NCBI GenBank assembly: GCA_965285935.1
Contig: OZ260661.1
Location: 144,522,001-144,586,000, forward strand
Direction of reading: 5' to 3'
Origin: Ophelia neglecta
Taxonomy: Eukaryota
DNA: 64,000 nucleotides
Made by a program: the position numbers and the translations under genes. Positions 1 through 11,700 of the stretch are shown in pieces (the first letter of the stretch is position 1; each line of letters begins with the position of its first letter). The notes under the pieces are model-generated. The model was given only the letters and a program-made list of their open reading frames with translations. It was not told where the DNA came from and searched no databases.

Positions 1-442
1 TAATGCAGAGTATGTTTTAACAAATGAAATTGAAAAGCAAGCTTGTGTAAAGCAGAAATTGCTGATTGTAAATATTACCATTAGAGCTGATATAAAATGC
101 TTACATTAGCTATATACTCTTTACTGTTGATTTAGAGGTTATCCACAACCTTCTTCATCCAGTCTCACCAGGAATCCGGTAAAAGGAAAATTGTTTCAAG
201 TTTGCTCAGTTAGAGCACCCAACAGAAAGACAATAAGTCATGATATTGAGTATATGTGTTTATCACCATATAAGACTAATCCACGAGATCATTGGCTCAT
301 GACGTCAGTGCACAAGGTCTTTATATCATAATGTTTTGTCTGATACTAGTATTGTCATCATTCTGTTACATTTAAAGTCGTATGGATATAATGACTTTTT
401 AATAAAATTTTAAATAGTCACAATCTCTCTTCGTGCAACTAG

Positions 443-541
443 CCATTGCGTTAGAAGACAATGCGGAGCTGAGATCCAAACTAAAGAAACTAGCTCTTCC
501 CTCCAAGGAATACTTCCAGTTTACGGCCACAGATGGCACTG
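443..541 (+). CDS. DPP4: DPP4-like peptidase, internal exon (IALEDNAELRSKLKKLALPSKEYFQFTATDGT)
   Basis: AG at 441-442, GTAAGT at 542, phase 1-1. Matches human DPP4 LEDNSALDKMLQNVQMPSK. The gene begins upstream of the window. The symbol denotes the family; strict orthology is not established. Confidence 0.9.
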
Positions 542-842
542 GTAAGTAGACATACTTAACAATAGGTACTGTATTATTAACAGTCTAATTGACTAAACAA
601 GTCCAATTAGACAATAAGGCGCGAACTTAAATATTCGGATATGTACAGACAGTGCAAAATCATTGATAATATGTACATTTACTAAGCGCTCCATTTATCG
701 TAAATGAACGCAAGGGCGATTATCAATATATAAAAAAGTGCTCTACTTAAAAGCTTAACTTACTAGAATAAACAAGCATGAATCCATATCAGGAAGTATC
801 CATTTTATCGGTCTGAGTTTATCTGGAACATTTTATTTACAG

Positions 843-918
843 AAATATATGGTGAGATGTTGTTGCCTCCACTTCTGAAGAAGGACCACATAACTATGTA
901 CCCAATGCTGGTCTACAC
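843..918 (+). CDS. DPP4: DPP4-like exon (EIYGEMLLPPLLKKDHITMYPMLVYT)
   Basis: tttacAG acceptor, GTGAGT at 919, phase 1-2. Matches DPP4 QMILPP...KYPLL. Confidence 0.93.
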
Positions 919-1075
919 GTGAGTGGTAAACATCAAATGTTTAAATAATGATAGTCCACATGGTTTTGTTTATGAATATTTGAATATGAGTTCAGTTGCC
1001 TCATATTTTGACTGATTAACGTCCAGAATTACCTTAGAAACCAAGCTAGATCTGAATACTCCTTCATATATCCAG

Positions 1076-1270
1076 GTATAATGGTCCCGGGACTCAGCTG
1101 GTGACGGACGAGTTTAAAATTGGGCTACCCACCTATCTCTCAAGCACAGAGAATGTGATATATGTATCCATAGACGGACGAGGCACCTCCGGACGAGGGG
1201 ATAACTATCTACATCATGTATATCACAACCTGGGGGTCACCGAGGTCACAGACCAGATAGACGGCGCCAG
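1076..1270 (+). CDS. DPP4: DPP4-like exon (YNGPGTQLVTDEF...SIDGRGTSGRGDNYLHHVYHNLGVTEVTDQIDGAR)
   Basis: tccAG acceptor, GTAAGT at 1271, phase 2-2. Contains S9B motifs YxGP and DGRG...LG..EV.DQI. Confidence 0.96.
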
Positions 1271-1313
1271 GTAAGTGTCTTTCAGTCAGCTTAGAACGCC
1301 TTTTCTGTAAATA

Positions 1314-1490
1314 CAGTGAAACCTGCATTAAAGACCACCTCTTTATTCAGACCCACGGTCAATTCAGACCACTAGTATGAAGGCCATGCTGCATACTTTC
1401 AATATAAACAAACCTGTCAAAACAGGCCACCTCTATGATCAGACCAGTATTAACAGTCCCTTGGGTGGTCTCAATTCACAGGTTCCACTG
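1314..1490 (+). mobile_element. Tc1/mariner-type MITE family A (~178 bp)
   Basis: TIR CAGTGAAACCTG / CAGGTTCCACTG, TA on both sides, internal AGACCAC motifs, multiple copies in the window. Confidence 0.9.
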
Positions 1491-2317
1491 TATCTATAGG
1501 CACGGAAATGGTTATCAATGCTTGATAGCCTTCAGCCTTATGCTCTTGAGGATTTGGACATATTTAAGGGAGTATTTTTCAATGATGATTTTCTTTAACG
1601 CCCGGGTGTCGACAGGTTCATATAAAATAGCCTTGCCTTTATATGCAGTTGTGCTATAGTAAAAAGAAAGTTGTGACACGTAGTAACACATAATGGTTTC
1701 TTAACTAGTTTCGATAGTAGCCCTGTCTCTTCAGAAAAATGTGTACATAATGATATAATCGTTATATCTTTGCTAGTTTCGACAGCACTCTCTCTTCTAA
1801 AAAGGTTGCATACATAATGGCTGTATGTTTAAAGTAAACATTATATTTATATAGATTATGAGAGCACCTGTCACAACTTGATTGTGTGGACTTTCATAGT
1901 TCAATTGATACAGGCAAGCGGGAATAAAAGCGGTATCCTTTATAATTGCATTTGGAGGAAATGTGTTTATGGCCTATGACGTGGTAATATGCAGTAAATA
2001 CAAATAACGTTAATCGGATTATCTCCAAGTGTACAATATACATAGTATATATGGTACATTATTTGATATTTAGCATCTGCCAGGTTTGAGGTTCCGATCC
2101 GCCTTGTTAATCATTTAATTGCATTTAATTTTGGTTTTAAACTCTTTGTAAATACATTTCCTTGATGTCCCTTAATGAATTTCCCGGGCTGCAAAGTTTA
2201 TACAAGGGAAATATCTTAACTTTTAGATCTAAATGAACGGCACATTTTGCAGCATGTGATGTTGAGACACCCAACGTTCTATAAGTGTATAAAATTTCAA
2301 CTGTGCATTATTCACTA

Positions 2318-2495
2318 CAGTGAAACCTGTCTTACAAATCACCTCTATATTCAGACCATCTGCCTATTCAGAACACTAATATGAAGACCCTACTGCGTGT
2401 TTTAAGTGTAAAGTTACCTGTCTAAAGAGACCACCTCAACAATCAGACCAACATTTTACAGTGCCTTGGGTGGTCTTAATTTACAGGTTACACTG
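2318..2495 (+). mobile_element. MITE family A copy
   Basis: TA-CAGTGAAACCTG ... CAGGTTACACTG-TA. Confidence 0.88.
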
Positions 2496-3091
2496 TATTT
2501 TGATCTGCTATTGCTTGAATAATTATTTTGAACTTGTGAATTTTAGGGAGACTATAAATAATGCTAGTTTCAACCTCAAAGTTATCCAAATAATTCTCAT
2601 CTTTAGTCAAACATTCCCTGTCTCTCTTAATTATATCTTGTAGTTTACCCATTGCTTTATCTTTGTTATTTGTCTGTTCTTGTTAGTACTGTCATCATTC
2701 AATGTATCGGTAATACGAACGATGTCAAACGTTCAAGAGTACTGTGCACGCCTTGTTTAATCTGCTCTTGATACCTAGCCATTGCCTTATGTTTTTGTTC
2801 CAAGTTTGTTATAGTCTTCCAGTGTTATCGTAAGCTCCCTGGAGACTTGACTCCGTAAGCTTCCTCTATCTCTCTGGAGACTAAGTCGCTTGACTATATA
2901 CATCCTTGCATTGTGCAAGTGTGTGTACGAGCGTGCGTACCTGCATGAATGCCCATAGTTAAACTGGCACCTGTTGTCACTCTGCATCAGAACATAAAAT
3001 CGCCTAAAAGGATGCCCGCCCATCATGCATAAGATCAGAAAAAACGCAGTTTGCTTTATTCTTGTTAAGATATTTTTTAACTGACTTTCAG

Positions 3092-3149
3092 ATATCTAAG
3101 GGACACGTACATGTTTGTTGACAAAGACAGAATAGCCATCTGGGGATGG
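3092..3149 (+). CDS. DPP4: DPP4-like exon (YLRDTYMFVDKDRIAIWGW)
   Basis: ttcAG acceptor, GTAAGT at 3150, phase 2-0. First half of the nucleophile motif. Confidence 0.95.
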
Positions 3150-3390
3150 GTAAGTAGTCTATCTATCTGGGGATGGGTAAGTAGTTTATCTATCTGGGGA
3201 TTGGTAAGTAGTCTATCTATCTGGGGATGGGTAAGTAGTCTATCTATCTGGGTATGGGTAAGTAGTCTATATATCTGGGGATGGGTAAGTAGTCTATCTA
3301 TCGGGGATGGGTAAGTAGTCTATCTATCTGGGGATGAGTAAGTAGTCTATCTATCTGGGGATGGGTAAGTAGTCTATCTACTTGGGATGG
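3138..3390 (+). repeat. 27-bp tandem repeat of the exon end plus splice donor (atctggggatgg|gtaagtagtctatct), 9 copies plus a degenerate tenth
   Basis: GTAAGT at 3150, 3177, 3204, 3231, 3258, 3285, 3311, 3338 and 3365. Confidence 0.97.
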
Positions 3391-3542
3391 ATGAGTGGTC
3401 GCAAAATGTCACTATTTCAATAATACCACTCACTGTAAGGACATTCTATTAGTTAAAGCGGTGTTATCACAAGGACATATCTACTATTTAGCTCTATTTT
3501 GTGCCTTTATTAATAGAACAATTCGACGATTACTGTTTTCAG

Positions 3543-3642
3543 TCGTACGGAGGGTTTGTAGTTGTTCACGCCTTGGGGGAGCCTGGAAGTGTATTCACGT
3601 GTGGGGTAGCCGTCGCCCCCGTCGTAGACTGGAGGCTCTACG
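3543..3642 (+). CDS. DPP4: DPP4-like exon with catalytic Ser (SYGGFVVVHALGEPGSVFTCGVAVAPVVDWRLY)
   Basis: ttttcAG acceptor, GTGGGT at 3643, phase 0-1. Completes GWSYGG and carries AVAPV. Confidence 0.96.
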
Positions 3643-3820
3643 GTGGGTAAAATGCATAAACATATTAATTTTAACTTATATGTTCTAGATGTTTAGACCA
3701 ATAGTATAATGAAGGTTCACTTTGTAATATGAGCGAAGCGCAGCACTAGCGGATACGACTTAAGTTTTATATTTTCTGTGTAGGTTGTATTTAAGTCAAC
3801 GTCCTGTTTTATACTTTCAG

Positions 3821-3885
3821 ACACAGCTTATACGGAGAGATACATGGGCTTCTCAAGTGGCAACGAAAACTTTAGAGGTTATGAT
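3821..3885 (+). CDS. DPP4: DPP4-like exon (DTAYTERYMGFSSGNENFRGYD)
   Basis: tttcAG acceptor, GTTAGT at 3886, phase 1-0. YTERYMG motif. Confidence 0.96.
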
Positions 3886-4403
3886 GTTAGTATCAGGCGC
3901 CATAATGTAAATTTAGGGTGTACCATGTAGGGTCAGGGGTCACGATGTAAGGTCGGGGGGAACGATGTAACCGAGTTAATCAATTAGGAGCTGAGGTCAC
4001 GGTGTAAGTTCAGGGCTTACGGTCAGAGAAAGGATTGTTTTGTCAGAGTTTACGATTTGTATTCAGGAATTACGATGTTCAGTGTTTGTGATGTAAGTTA
4101 AGGATTTACTAGGAAAGTTTAAAGATTACGATTGATCAGAAGTTGTGATGTTATTTCAATGTTTACGATGTGCGTACAGGATTTACGATCTAAGTTAAAG
4201 AATTACGATCAAGGTTTAGAGGTTACGTTTATGGCTTAATGTTTTGATATTAGGTAAGTATTCATGAATTGCGCTCAGGGAATACGATGTAAGTTCAGGG
4301 TTTGCGATGTAAGTTGAGTGCCTAAGATTTAAGGTCAGTGGTTGATTTTTAATAGTCTGAAGGCCATAAAAAGGTTCCCCTAATAATAATATATTCTTTT
4401 CAG

Positions 4404-4476
4404 AATGCCAACGCAACAAGAAAAGCTGTGAAATTGAAAGACAAACAGTTCATGCTCGTCCACGGGACGGCAGATG
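4404..4476 (+). CDS. DPP4: DPP4-like exon with catalytic Asp (NANATRKAVKLKDKQFMLVHGTAD)
   Basis: ttttcAG acceptor, GTACGA at 4477, phase 0-1. HGTAD motif. Confidence 0.95.
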
Positions 4477-4617
4477 GTACGATTGTTTCTTTTGATTAGT
4501 CCGCTTTTAATATTAGAAGCTGGAACACTCTGTTAGTTAGATGCTGCCTCTCCTGAGCTTCTGAATGTTAGATGCTGCCTTTCCACTGCTTCTTATTGAG
4601 CTTCTAATTATTTTCAG

Positions 4618-4847
4618 ATAACGTACATTTCCAACACTCAGCTCAACTGATGAGGGCTCTGAACGAGGCTGAAATCGACTTCAGAGCCCAGTTATACATA
4701 GACAATGCTCATTTCCTCATCTGCTCAGAGCGACATCTCTACCGTAACATCGCAAACTTCCTGAAGAGGGAGTGCTGGGAAGGGGGTCAACCCCGGGACG
4801 CTATAAACGAGGAGGCCATAACTGAGAAAAATATCAATAACTCGTGA
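4618..4847 (+). CDS. DPP4: DPP4-like terminal coding exon with catalytic His (DNVHFQHSAQL...YIDNAH...NINNS*)
   Basis: ttttcAG acceptor, stop TGA at 4845-4847. DNVHFQ motif, and YIDNAH aligns with human YTDEDH. Confidence 0.95.
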
Positions 4848-7556
4848 TGAATGTCATGTTCTCTCCTTATGGATTAGGCCATCATCACTAAAATATGCTA
4901 GTGTGCACCGAAAACACCCCCTTCCAAATCATCCAATCATTCCAAACAGCAAAGAGAATATGAGACACAGTTAATACGAAAGGAACCGTCAGTGTGTTAT
5001 CTATTAAACAGTTTACATTGATGAACGCTTAGGATTAATAGTAGGATATATATTACCAACGTGTGTTGCTTGGTAAAGAAAACGGACATGTGGTAGTAAT
5101 GTGGACTTGTGACTCGGGGTGGCCATCGTACCTCGTAAGGTTAATTGGTAATGATCTTTTCTGCATAAAAATTCACAACAAAAAAGGCCAGGATCGATGC
5201 CAAGGGTATACCGAAAGCGGCAAAACAGTAGGTAATGACTGGAAAGATTATGCTGTGTAAATTCCCACAGGATAATTATATCATACATTCCAACAGTAGC
5301 CGGCGGTAAGCTTATAACAACATACGGGACACAAATGACGACAAGATAGACCCAAAAGAAAGAACCTGGTGTGTCGGCACTTGACAAAGTAAATAGGCAA
5401 CTACGATGACAGGCCGGCCTTATCACTTCGTATAATTCAAATGAGGGTTTAGATATACTACAGCAGCATAGATTACAGTAACATGAATCAAAGTGAATGG
5501 TGCTGAACCCCGCCGAGCTTATGTCAATATCAGACAACAGTCGTATGTTTACTCTCTACAAATCGATATTACAATTGCGACAAAAGTGAGATGCCCATAG
5601 ACTGGGATAGTGAAATATGTAATGGGTCCTTAAGTAAGTTATGACGGCCCTTGAACTCAAATAATCGGCTTTTCTGCCTTACTGTGAAACCAAGGAAAAT
5701 AAGAGGTTCCAGACAGTATTTGTAATCATTGCGAATGGCTGAAACAAGCGTGCTGTTGCTAAAGCCAGCCTTCAAAGTTCGTTCCGGTTCAGTATACTTT
5801 AGAGTATCGCATTGAAGTAAGAACCAATCAACTTATAACAGTATACAATTTTCCACTTTACATTATAAGTGTGTGTACCTAAGGAGACCAAACTATTCTT
5901 CTCATATTATTCTCTGCAGGCTCTTACAAAGGTATTACAGACACTGTTACTCAGACGGAACAGTAAGGCTAAATTCGATACATAGGCGTGTAGTATCATG
6001 ACAAAGTAGTACCATTTATTCGATACATAGGCATGTAGTATCTTAACAAAGTAGTGCCATTTATTCGATACATAGGCATGTAGTATCTTGACAAAGTAGT
6101 ATCATTTATATTCCCATAAGGGTAGTTTATAGTCATTATTGCGTAATTGCCGATTGTTTATATAAAGTGGTTTAGACCAATACATGTTATATCATTTTAA
6201 TGGTTAATAAACGAGTTTTATTAAAATTAATTAAATGTACATAAAAGCTTTTAGTCCAAAGGAAAAGTGCTTATATATTTTACTAAATATTCCAAGACAC
6301 TAATAAGACTTAAAGCTAATAATCTTTTAACAAGAGACCATTTATTTTGATATTTCGGTAAATCTGGCGTCCACCGCACAGATGTACATAAACATGAAAT
6401 ATATTACCGAATTCAAACAAATCATATCAACGCAATTTGCTGCATTAAAACTTTTCGAGAGATTATTTTTAATATCCGCCTACTTTTCTTCAACATTTCA
6501 TTATCGATGATATAATATATATTTCGTTTATTTGGTTAAACATTGTTTAATCTTCTCGAAATGTGATTGTTAGACAGTCTGCTTTTGACAGTTCAGTTGG
6601 GTTCCCGTTAGTGTGTCTATAAAGAGGAATAAACTGTAATCAAAATGTTTTTATATCTAAGATAAATAACATAAAATATCTATATAGAGCGTCATGTGTT
6701 TGGTATATTTGTCTCCATCAGAAGATAAAGTTTCCATCTAGCCAACTGACTTCCTCACAAGGGTTGTTTAATGACTTTACTAGAAAAGAACTCACATGTA
6801 TGTTAAATATTAAACTACCTGCTAAAATATTATCAAAACATGAATTAGAAATGATGTGATGAAAGGTCACAATATTGCAGTTATTGAAATTAGTAGTTTA
6901 AGCTTACTTTTGTTACGAGCTTGCAAAGGGTATCCAGGAGAATCCAACAATTGCGTCATTGCCAGGGAATTCTACTTGCAGCCTCGTTTTGAACCACTTT
7001 GCATCTTAGATTTATAGCCATATGGATCTCGTATGTCAGTATGTAAGTCTCAGCCCCAAGTATTCACGCTCCTAGAACCGAGTGTCATAACGTATGCCGC
7101 TTCATTCATTGTTTAAATGATAGTATGAGACCCTGAGTGCCAAGCATTAAGATAACAGTTTCTTTTCGTATCTCTGTTCTTATTCGGATTCATATCAGTG
7201 AATAGCTTTAACTTAAGCTTTCATCTATCTTTAATCTCTCGCGTATCAATTTCTTTTTTTCTGGTCATAACATCCAAGATAAATAAGCCCTAGGCTTCCT
7301 GTCTTTTGCTATATTTAGCAAGTACTTCTCTGTTAGCTGCTGTAATATATCATAATATAGTAGGCTTAAACATACTTATATTAATTTTGATCTGTATTCC
7401 ATAATATTCTTTAACGCGGTTTGGTTATTCAATCATTGTGTTATCTGTTTGTTTCTTTGCGTTCTATAGATCTTAAGTTTGTAAATTGTATATGATTTAT
7501 ATATTGCTCTTGAAATGTACATATGTTATATGTTATATGATGATAATAATAATAAA
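4848..7556 (+). other. Probable long 3' UTR with candidate poly(A) signals
   Basis: Follows the stop codon, AU-rich, with AATAAA at 6206, 6628 and 7551. The true end is not determinable from sequence. Confidence 0.4.
5973..6108. repeat. 45-bp tandem repeat x3
   Basis: Unit attcgatacataggcatgtagtatcttgacaaagtagtaccattt. Confidence 0.9.
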
Positions 7557-7702
7557 AAAAATTAAAGATACCAAGACACTACTTCAACGACCCAATGGGC
7601 TATTCATGGTGTATATTATTACTGTTTGTATTGCAAGTTTATATACTACTTTAGAGCTGGATATTGACTGATCCATGTGTGTGGTGATGTGTCAGCTGGT
7701 TA

Positions 7703-8091
7703 GGCCAAAAAAAAAAAAAAATTATGTTTCCGGTCGCCCGACCTTACCTAGCAAAAGGTGCCCGGTCCTAAAATATTTATGAGCATCTTAAAAAAAATTA
7801 ACAATTCTCGCCAAAGTCAAAGAAACATCGTCCCTCGCCGTCCGCTAGAAATTTCATTCTCGCGACTTACTCCAGTTGTAGTTAAGAAATAAAACCTGTT
7901 CAATTGCAGTTTTAACATTGTAGTTCTCAGAATTGGTGAAGTTAACCACATTTAATGATAAAATACTGAAAAAATTACCCCCACACCGCGAGGATCATTA
8001 CAAAAAAAAATTCCAAAAAAAAACTTGTTCCTACTTACCTACCCTATTTTTTTTGTCCATGTAATAGGAAACATAATATTTTTTTTTTGCC
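7703..8091. mobile_element. Non-autonomous DNA transposon (Zator- or PIF-like; GG termini, TTA TSD)
   Basis: TIR GGCC(A)nTTATGTTTCC ... GGAAACATAATA(T)nGCC, with TTA at 7700-7702 and 8092-8094. Confidence 0.85.
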
Positions 8092-9379
8092 TTACTGGTG
8101 ATTTCGGACCCATTTGATAGATAATTCTTGACTAATGATTTGGCTTTGTCCTCAAGGTATCCATTCCCCTTTAAAAAGATCAATGATTTGCTACGTTTGC
8201 CGGGTAAACACTTTCGTTTTACCATGCACTTCCCAGGCTAAGGTTAAACCGCCATTCAAATGCATGTTCCAGTAGCTAGCCAATTCAGAAACAGACTACA
8301 GAGTATCCCAAACATAAGCGTCCTGAAAAACTCTCCCAGTTCATTAGGAAATATCAGTTGCAAGTCCCCGAATATCCTAGTTCGGTAAGTTTATGTGTTT
8401 ACAAGTTTATGTGGCGAAATTAAATCAAACAATTAAATACAACTCGATATAAAATGTATATCACAGAGCCGCCATCACTTAAGGCTAGTTTGCACCAATA
8501 GCCCATCTTCTGGATTTCACTTTATTTTATCTCATAAAGCCATTGATTTAAAGCTTAAAAGAGGCCCGTACTTTCCATGGTCCATATTGACCACGAAAAT
8601 AAGCAATCAATTTGGAGCCCATGGGTAGTCTACATTTCATACGAGTCCAACTTCTAAATTCCATGTTACTAGGATTCAGTCCGTTATGATGCTCAGTGTG
8701 GGACGCTTAGCCCTAGTTTTTCCTCGTTTTGCTACATGTCATCATTTTACCAGGCGAGTAGCATCTCTGATCCTTGTATATAAATCCACAATAATCCAAT
8801 CCATTCCAAATAGCTAAAAGCAGCCCTCGGAATTCTTCTCTTGCTTATACGCCTTTTTTAGAGCTAAAGATAAAGACATTATAAAGGGGTTGATCCCTAT
8901 ATTGTTACCTATTCGCCGTATAGAGATCTAATCTTACCTATTCGCCGTATTTAGATGCATGATAAAGAACCAATTCATTATATTAGAAGTAGTAACAAAT
9001 ATGCAGACTTTCACATAAAGGAACAAAGTCACCTCACTCAGCTAAAAGCTAAAACTAATGTTCAAAATTGCCTTCAATTTACTTATTACTTAAAGATGAT
9101 GATGCGGCATTCTGTAGTCCGTCTGTATTAAGCGTGAGGATGCATAAACAATAACTTTTTCGGACTACAAGAGTCTTTACAATCTTTTATCAGTCATGTT
9201 TTATGAAGACACTTTCTCATCAGAAATCTCACATTAATGAGAGTACAGTCCGTCTTATACCATTGAAATGGCACCTTTTATCTTCGTCCCGCGATCAATC
9301 TCTTCATCACAGACATTAAATCAACTCACATGCACTAGCACTTTTTTCAATTAAGCCTTTGATGCTGTACCATTTTTCA

Positions 9380-9560
9380 TCATGACCTTGAGTTCCTATG
9401 AGGAGCTTGCGTTCCTCTGATGATCTCGAGTTTCTCTGATGAGCCTGAGATCCACTGACGACCTTGTGCTCCTCAAACGACCCTGAGATCCTCTAATTAC
9501 CTTGAGTTCCTCTTATGACCTTGAGTTCCTCTGATGACCTCTAGTTCCTCTAATGACCTG
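9380..9560. repeat. Degenerate ~20-bp minisatellite (atgaccttgagttcctctg)
   Basis: About 9 diverged copies visible. Confidence 0.75.
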
Positions 9561-10325
9561 ATTACTATACATGATTCGACTCTGATCATGCAAACCTATT
9601 GACAACTACTTATACATTGCAAGGGATATCAACTCTTATCACCATTTCGTTAATACCATGTACCATTAAGGTGCTTTGTAAGTTCAAGCAATGATATATA
9701 ATTATTAAAAGATAAACTTTGTATGAAATTAAATTTCAGACAAATTGGCTGCCAGATTATATTGGAAAAAAAAGTTTTATTTTGTCCTATATATTGTGTA
9801 TAAAGGATCCCCACCAGTTGGATCAGCAGCTGAGTGGCAGGAACAATTAAACGGCCAGTCGACTAGTCATTAACAGTGGTTTATGCAGTATGGGGTTATT
9901 AAGGCTTTCCACTACTATTTATCAACTTATCCATCACTACATAACCTGCCTCCCTTCCGCCTTAATGTTGTTTCCCCGCTAACTAGTTTTACTGTTTAGC
10001 TCACACCCACTCTGGTTGCCTGGTACTTCTTTTGTTTTGTAGGACATAGAATATGCCTACACATGTATGTAATATTGAGCATAGGACACACAATGTATCG
10101 CTTAAAGTTTTAATGTTGGCGGACAGGATAAGTTGACGGATTTTACGGGTTGTTTGAAAGCTGCAAGAATTTCCTTGGCTAAATTAAAGATAATCATTAG
10201 ATTAATATATCAGACCTGACAACATTTCAGCAAATCCGCAAATATTCAACGTGCCTATCTTCGAAGTATAAAACAAAACTGCCCAGCCGCTACAATAATG
10301 CGATTTCTAGTAGCCGACAGTAATC

Positions 10326-10503
10326 CAGTGAAACCAGTGAATTAAGACCACCCACGGGACTGGGAAATATTGGTCTGACTATACAGGTGGTCTGCTTATA
10401 CAGGTTATTTTATATTGAATGTATACACAGTGGTCTTCATATTAGTGGTCTGAATTGGCAGGTGGTCTGAATATAGAGGTGGTCTTTAAGGCAGGTTCCA
10501 CTG
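10326..10503 (-). mobile_element. MITE family A copy
   Basis: Reverse orientation of 1314-1490, both TIRs present, TA at 10504. Confidence 0.88.
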
Positions 10504-10942
10504 TACCTGTGTTGTGAAAAATAGTCGCATTAAAACCCATCAGACTGGCTGAAAAATCATTACCCCTAAGGCCAAAGCCATAAAAACGTCTGTCAGGCCT
10601 GGTTGTCGAATAATAGTATAATACATAGTTGATAGGACGGAGATACATGTATACCAAACCGTTCTGATCAAATTGACCGGATATATAACCCATAGTCCTG
10701 TGCATATAAACGGAATAAGCAGAGAAGTGAGTGCAGGTTTTACCGAATGAATACATTGTTTAAAACGACTAAACAGTTCTCCTTATTGTAAATAGGTTTT
10801 CAATTTTTGGACCAAAACTGTTTAGTGGAAAATACAAATTTGATATAAATTATTGGTATGCTGAACTGTTGATATGCTGAACTCTTGATATGCACAATTT
10901 TTAGACAAATATGCCTGATGGATAAAACTAAAACGTGAACAA

Positions 10943-11020
10943 ATGTCCACTCTACATTCATTCCACGCAACGCGGCACATGGAAGCCGAGGAGACGAGAA
11001 TATGGAGAGCTTCGTGGAGG
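10943..11020 (+). CDS. Candidate alternative first exon MSTLHSFHATRHMEAEETRIWRASWR (phase 0)
   Basis: ATG, 26 open codons, AGG|GTAAGT. Same length and E-x-x-IW-x-A-x-W motif as 50612-50689. Confidence 0.6.
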
Positions 11021-11185
11021 GTAAGTGTCTTTGCTATACTTATCCCGACCAGCAATTGGTTTCCGAAAATTCCAGAAAATGCACTGCACGCAGCACGCAG
11101 ACATTTCCTGTAAGTGATTTGCTTATCTAACACTCCTGTGTTAGGAAATCATTCACTGGCATATCTCAGTGAGGTCATATTAGGT

Positions 11186-11470
11186 CGTATCTCAGTGACC
11201 AAATGTCATATCTCATTGACTTAATGTCGTTTCACATTGACCGAATGTCATATCTCAATGACAATATATCATATTTCAGTGACCAAATGTCATATCTAAG
11301 TGACCAAATGTCATATCTCAGTGACCAAATGTTATGTCTCAGTGACCAAATGTCATATCTCAGTGACCAAATGTAAATGTCATATCACAGCAACCAACTG
11401 TCATATCACAGCAACCAAATGTCATATCGCATCAACCAAATGTCATATCACAGCAACCAAATGTCATATC
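11186..11470. repeat. 21-bp minisatellite (cagtgaccaaatgtcatatct shifting to cagcaaccaaatgtcatatca)
   Basis: About 13 copies visible. Confidence 0.9.
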
Positions 11471-11515
11471 GACAACTCATTCTACTTGCGATAACTCCTT
11501 GATTTACACTTTACA

Positions 11516-11700
11516 CTAGGCCCGCTCTCCTAAGTTTAAGGATTTGATTAGCCCATTACTGATGGGGTGAGACCGAAATAATCGTACTTTCCAGTGCCAA
11601 GGATTGAGTTTAGGTCCAAAATGGTCTAAGCACCTACATCTTGATTTTAATCCTAGGTTAGAGTAAATTGTTAAGACAGTTTCAAGAAACCTAAGCACAG
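11516..11700 (+). mobile_element. Degenerate copy of PIF/Harbinger-like MITE family B
   Basis: Shares taagtttaaggatt.gattagccc, tgattttaatcc and gttaagac..tt.cagaaacc with 45272-45508. Confidence 0.6.

Noticed and set aside
5013-5537. 174-aa minus-strand ORF
   Set aside because: Non-ATG start, no recognisable motif, and antisense to the probable 3' UTR.
7022-7042. ATG-to-phase-0 GTAAGT unit MDLVCQY
   Set aside because: It lies in the probable 3' UTR with a weak exonic context (TAT). It shows that short units of this kind arise by chance.
8260-8384. 41-codon ORF ending at GTAAGT
   Set aside because: Phase 2, incompatible with the phase-0 series, and no other support.
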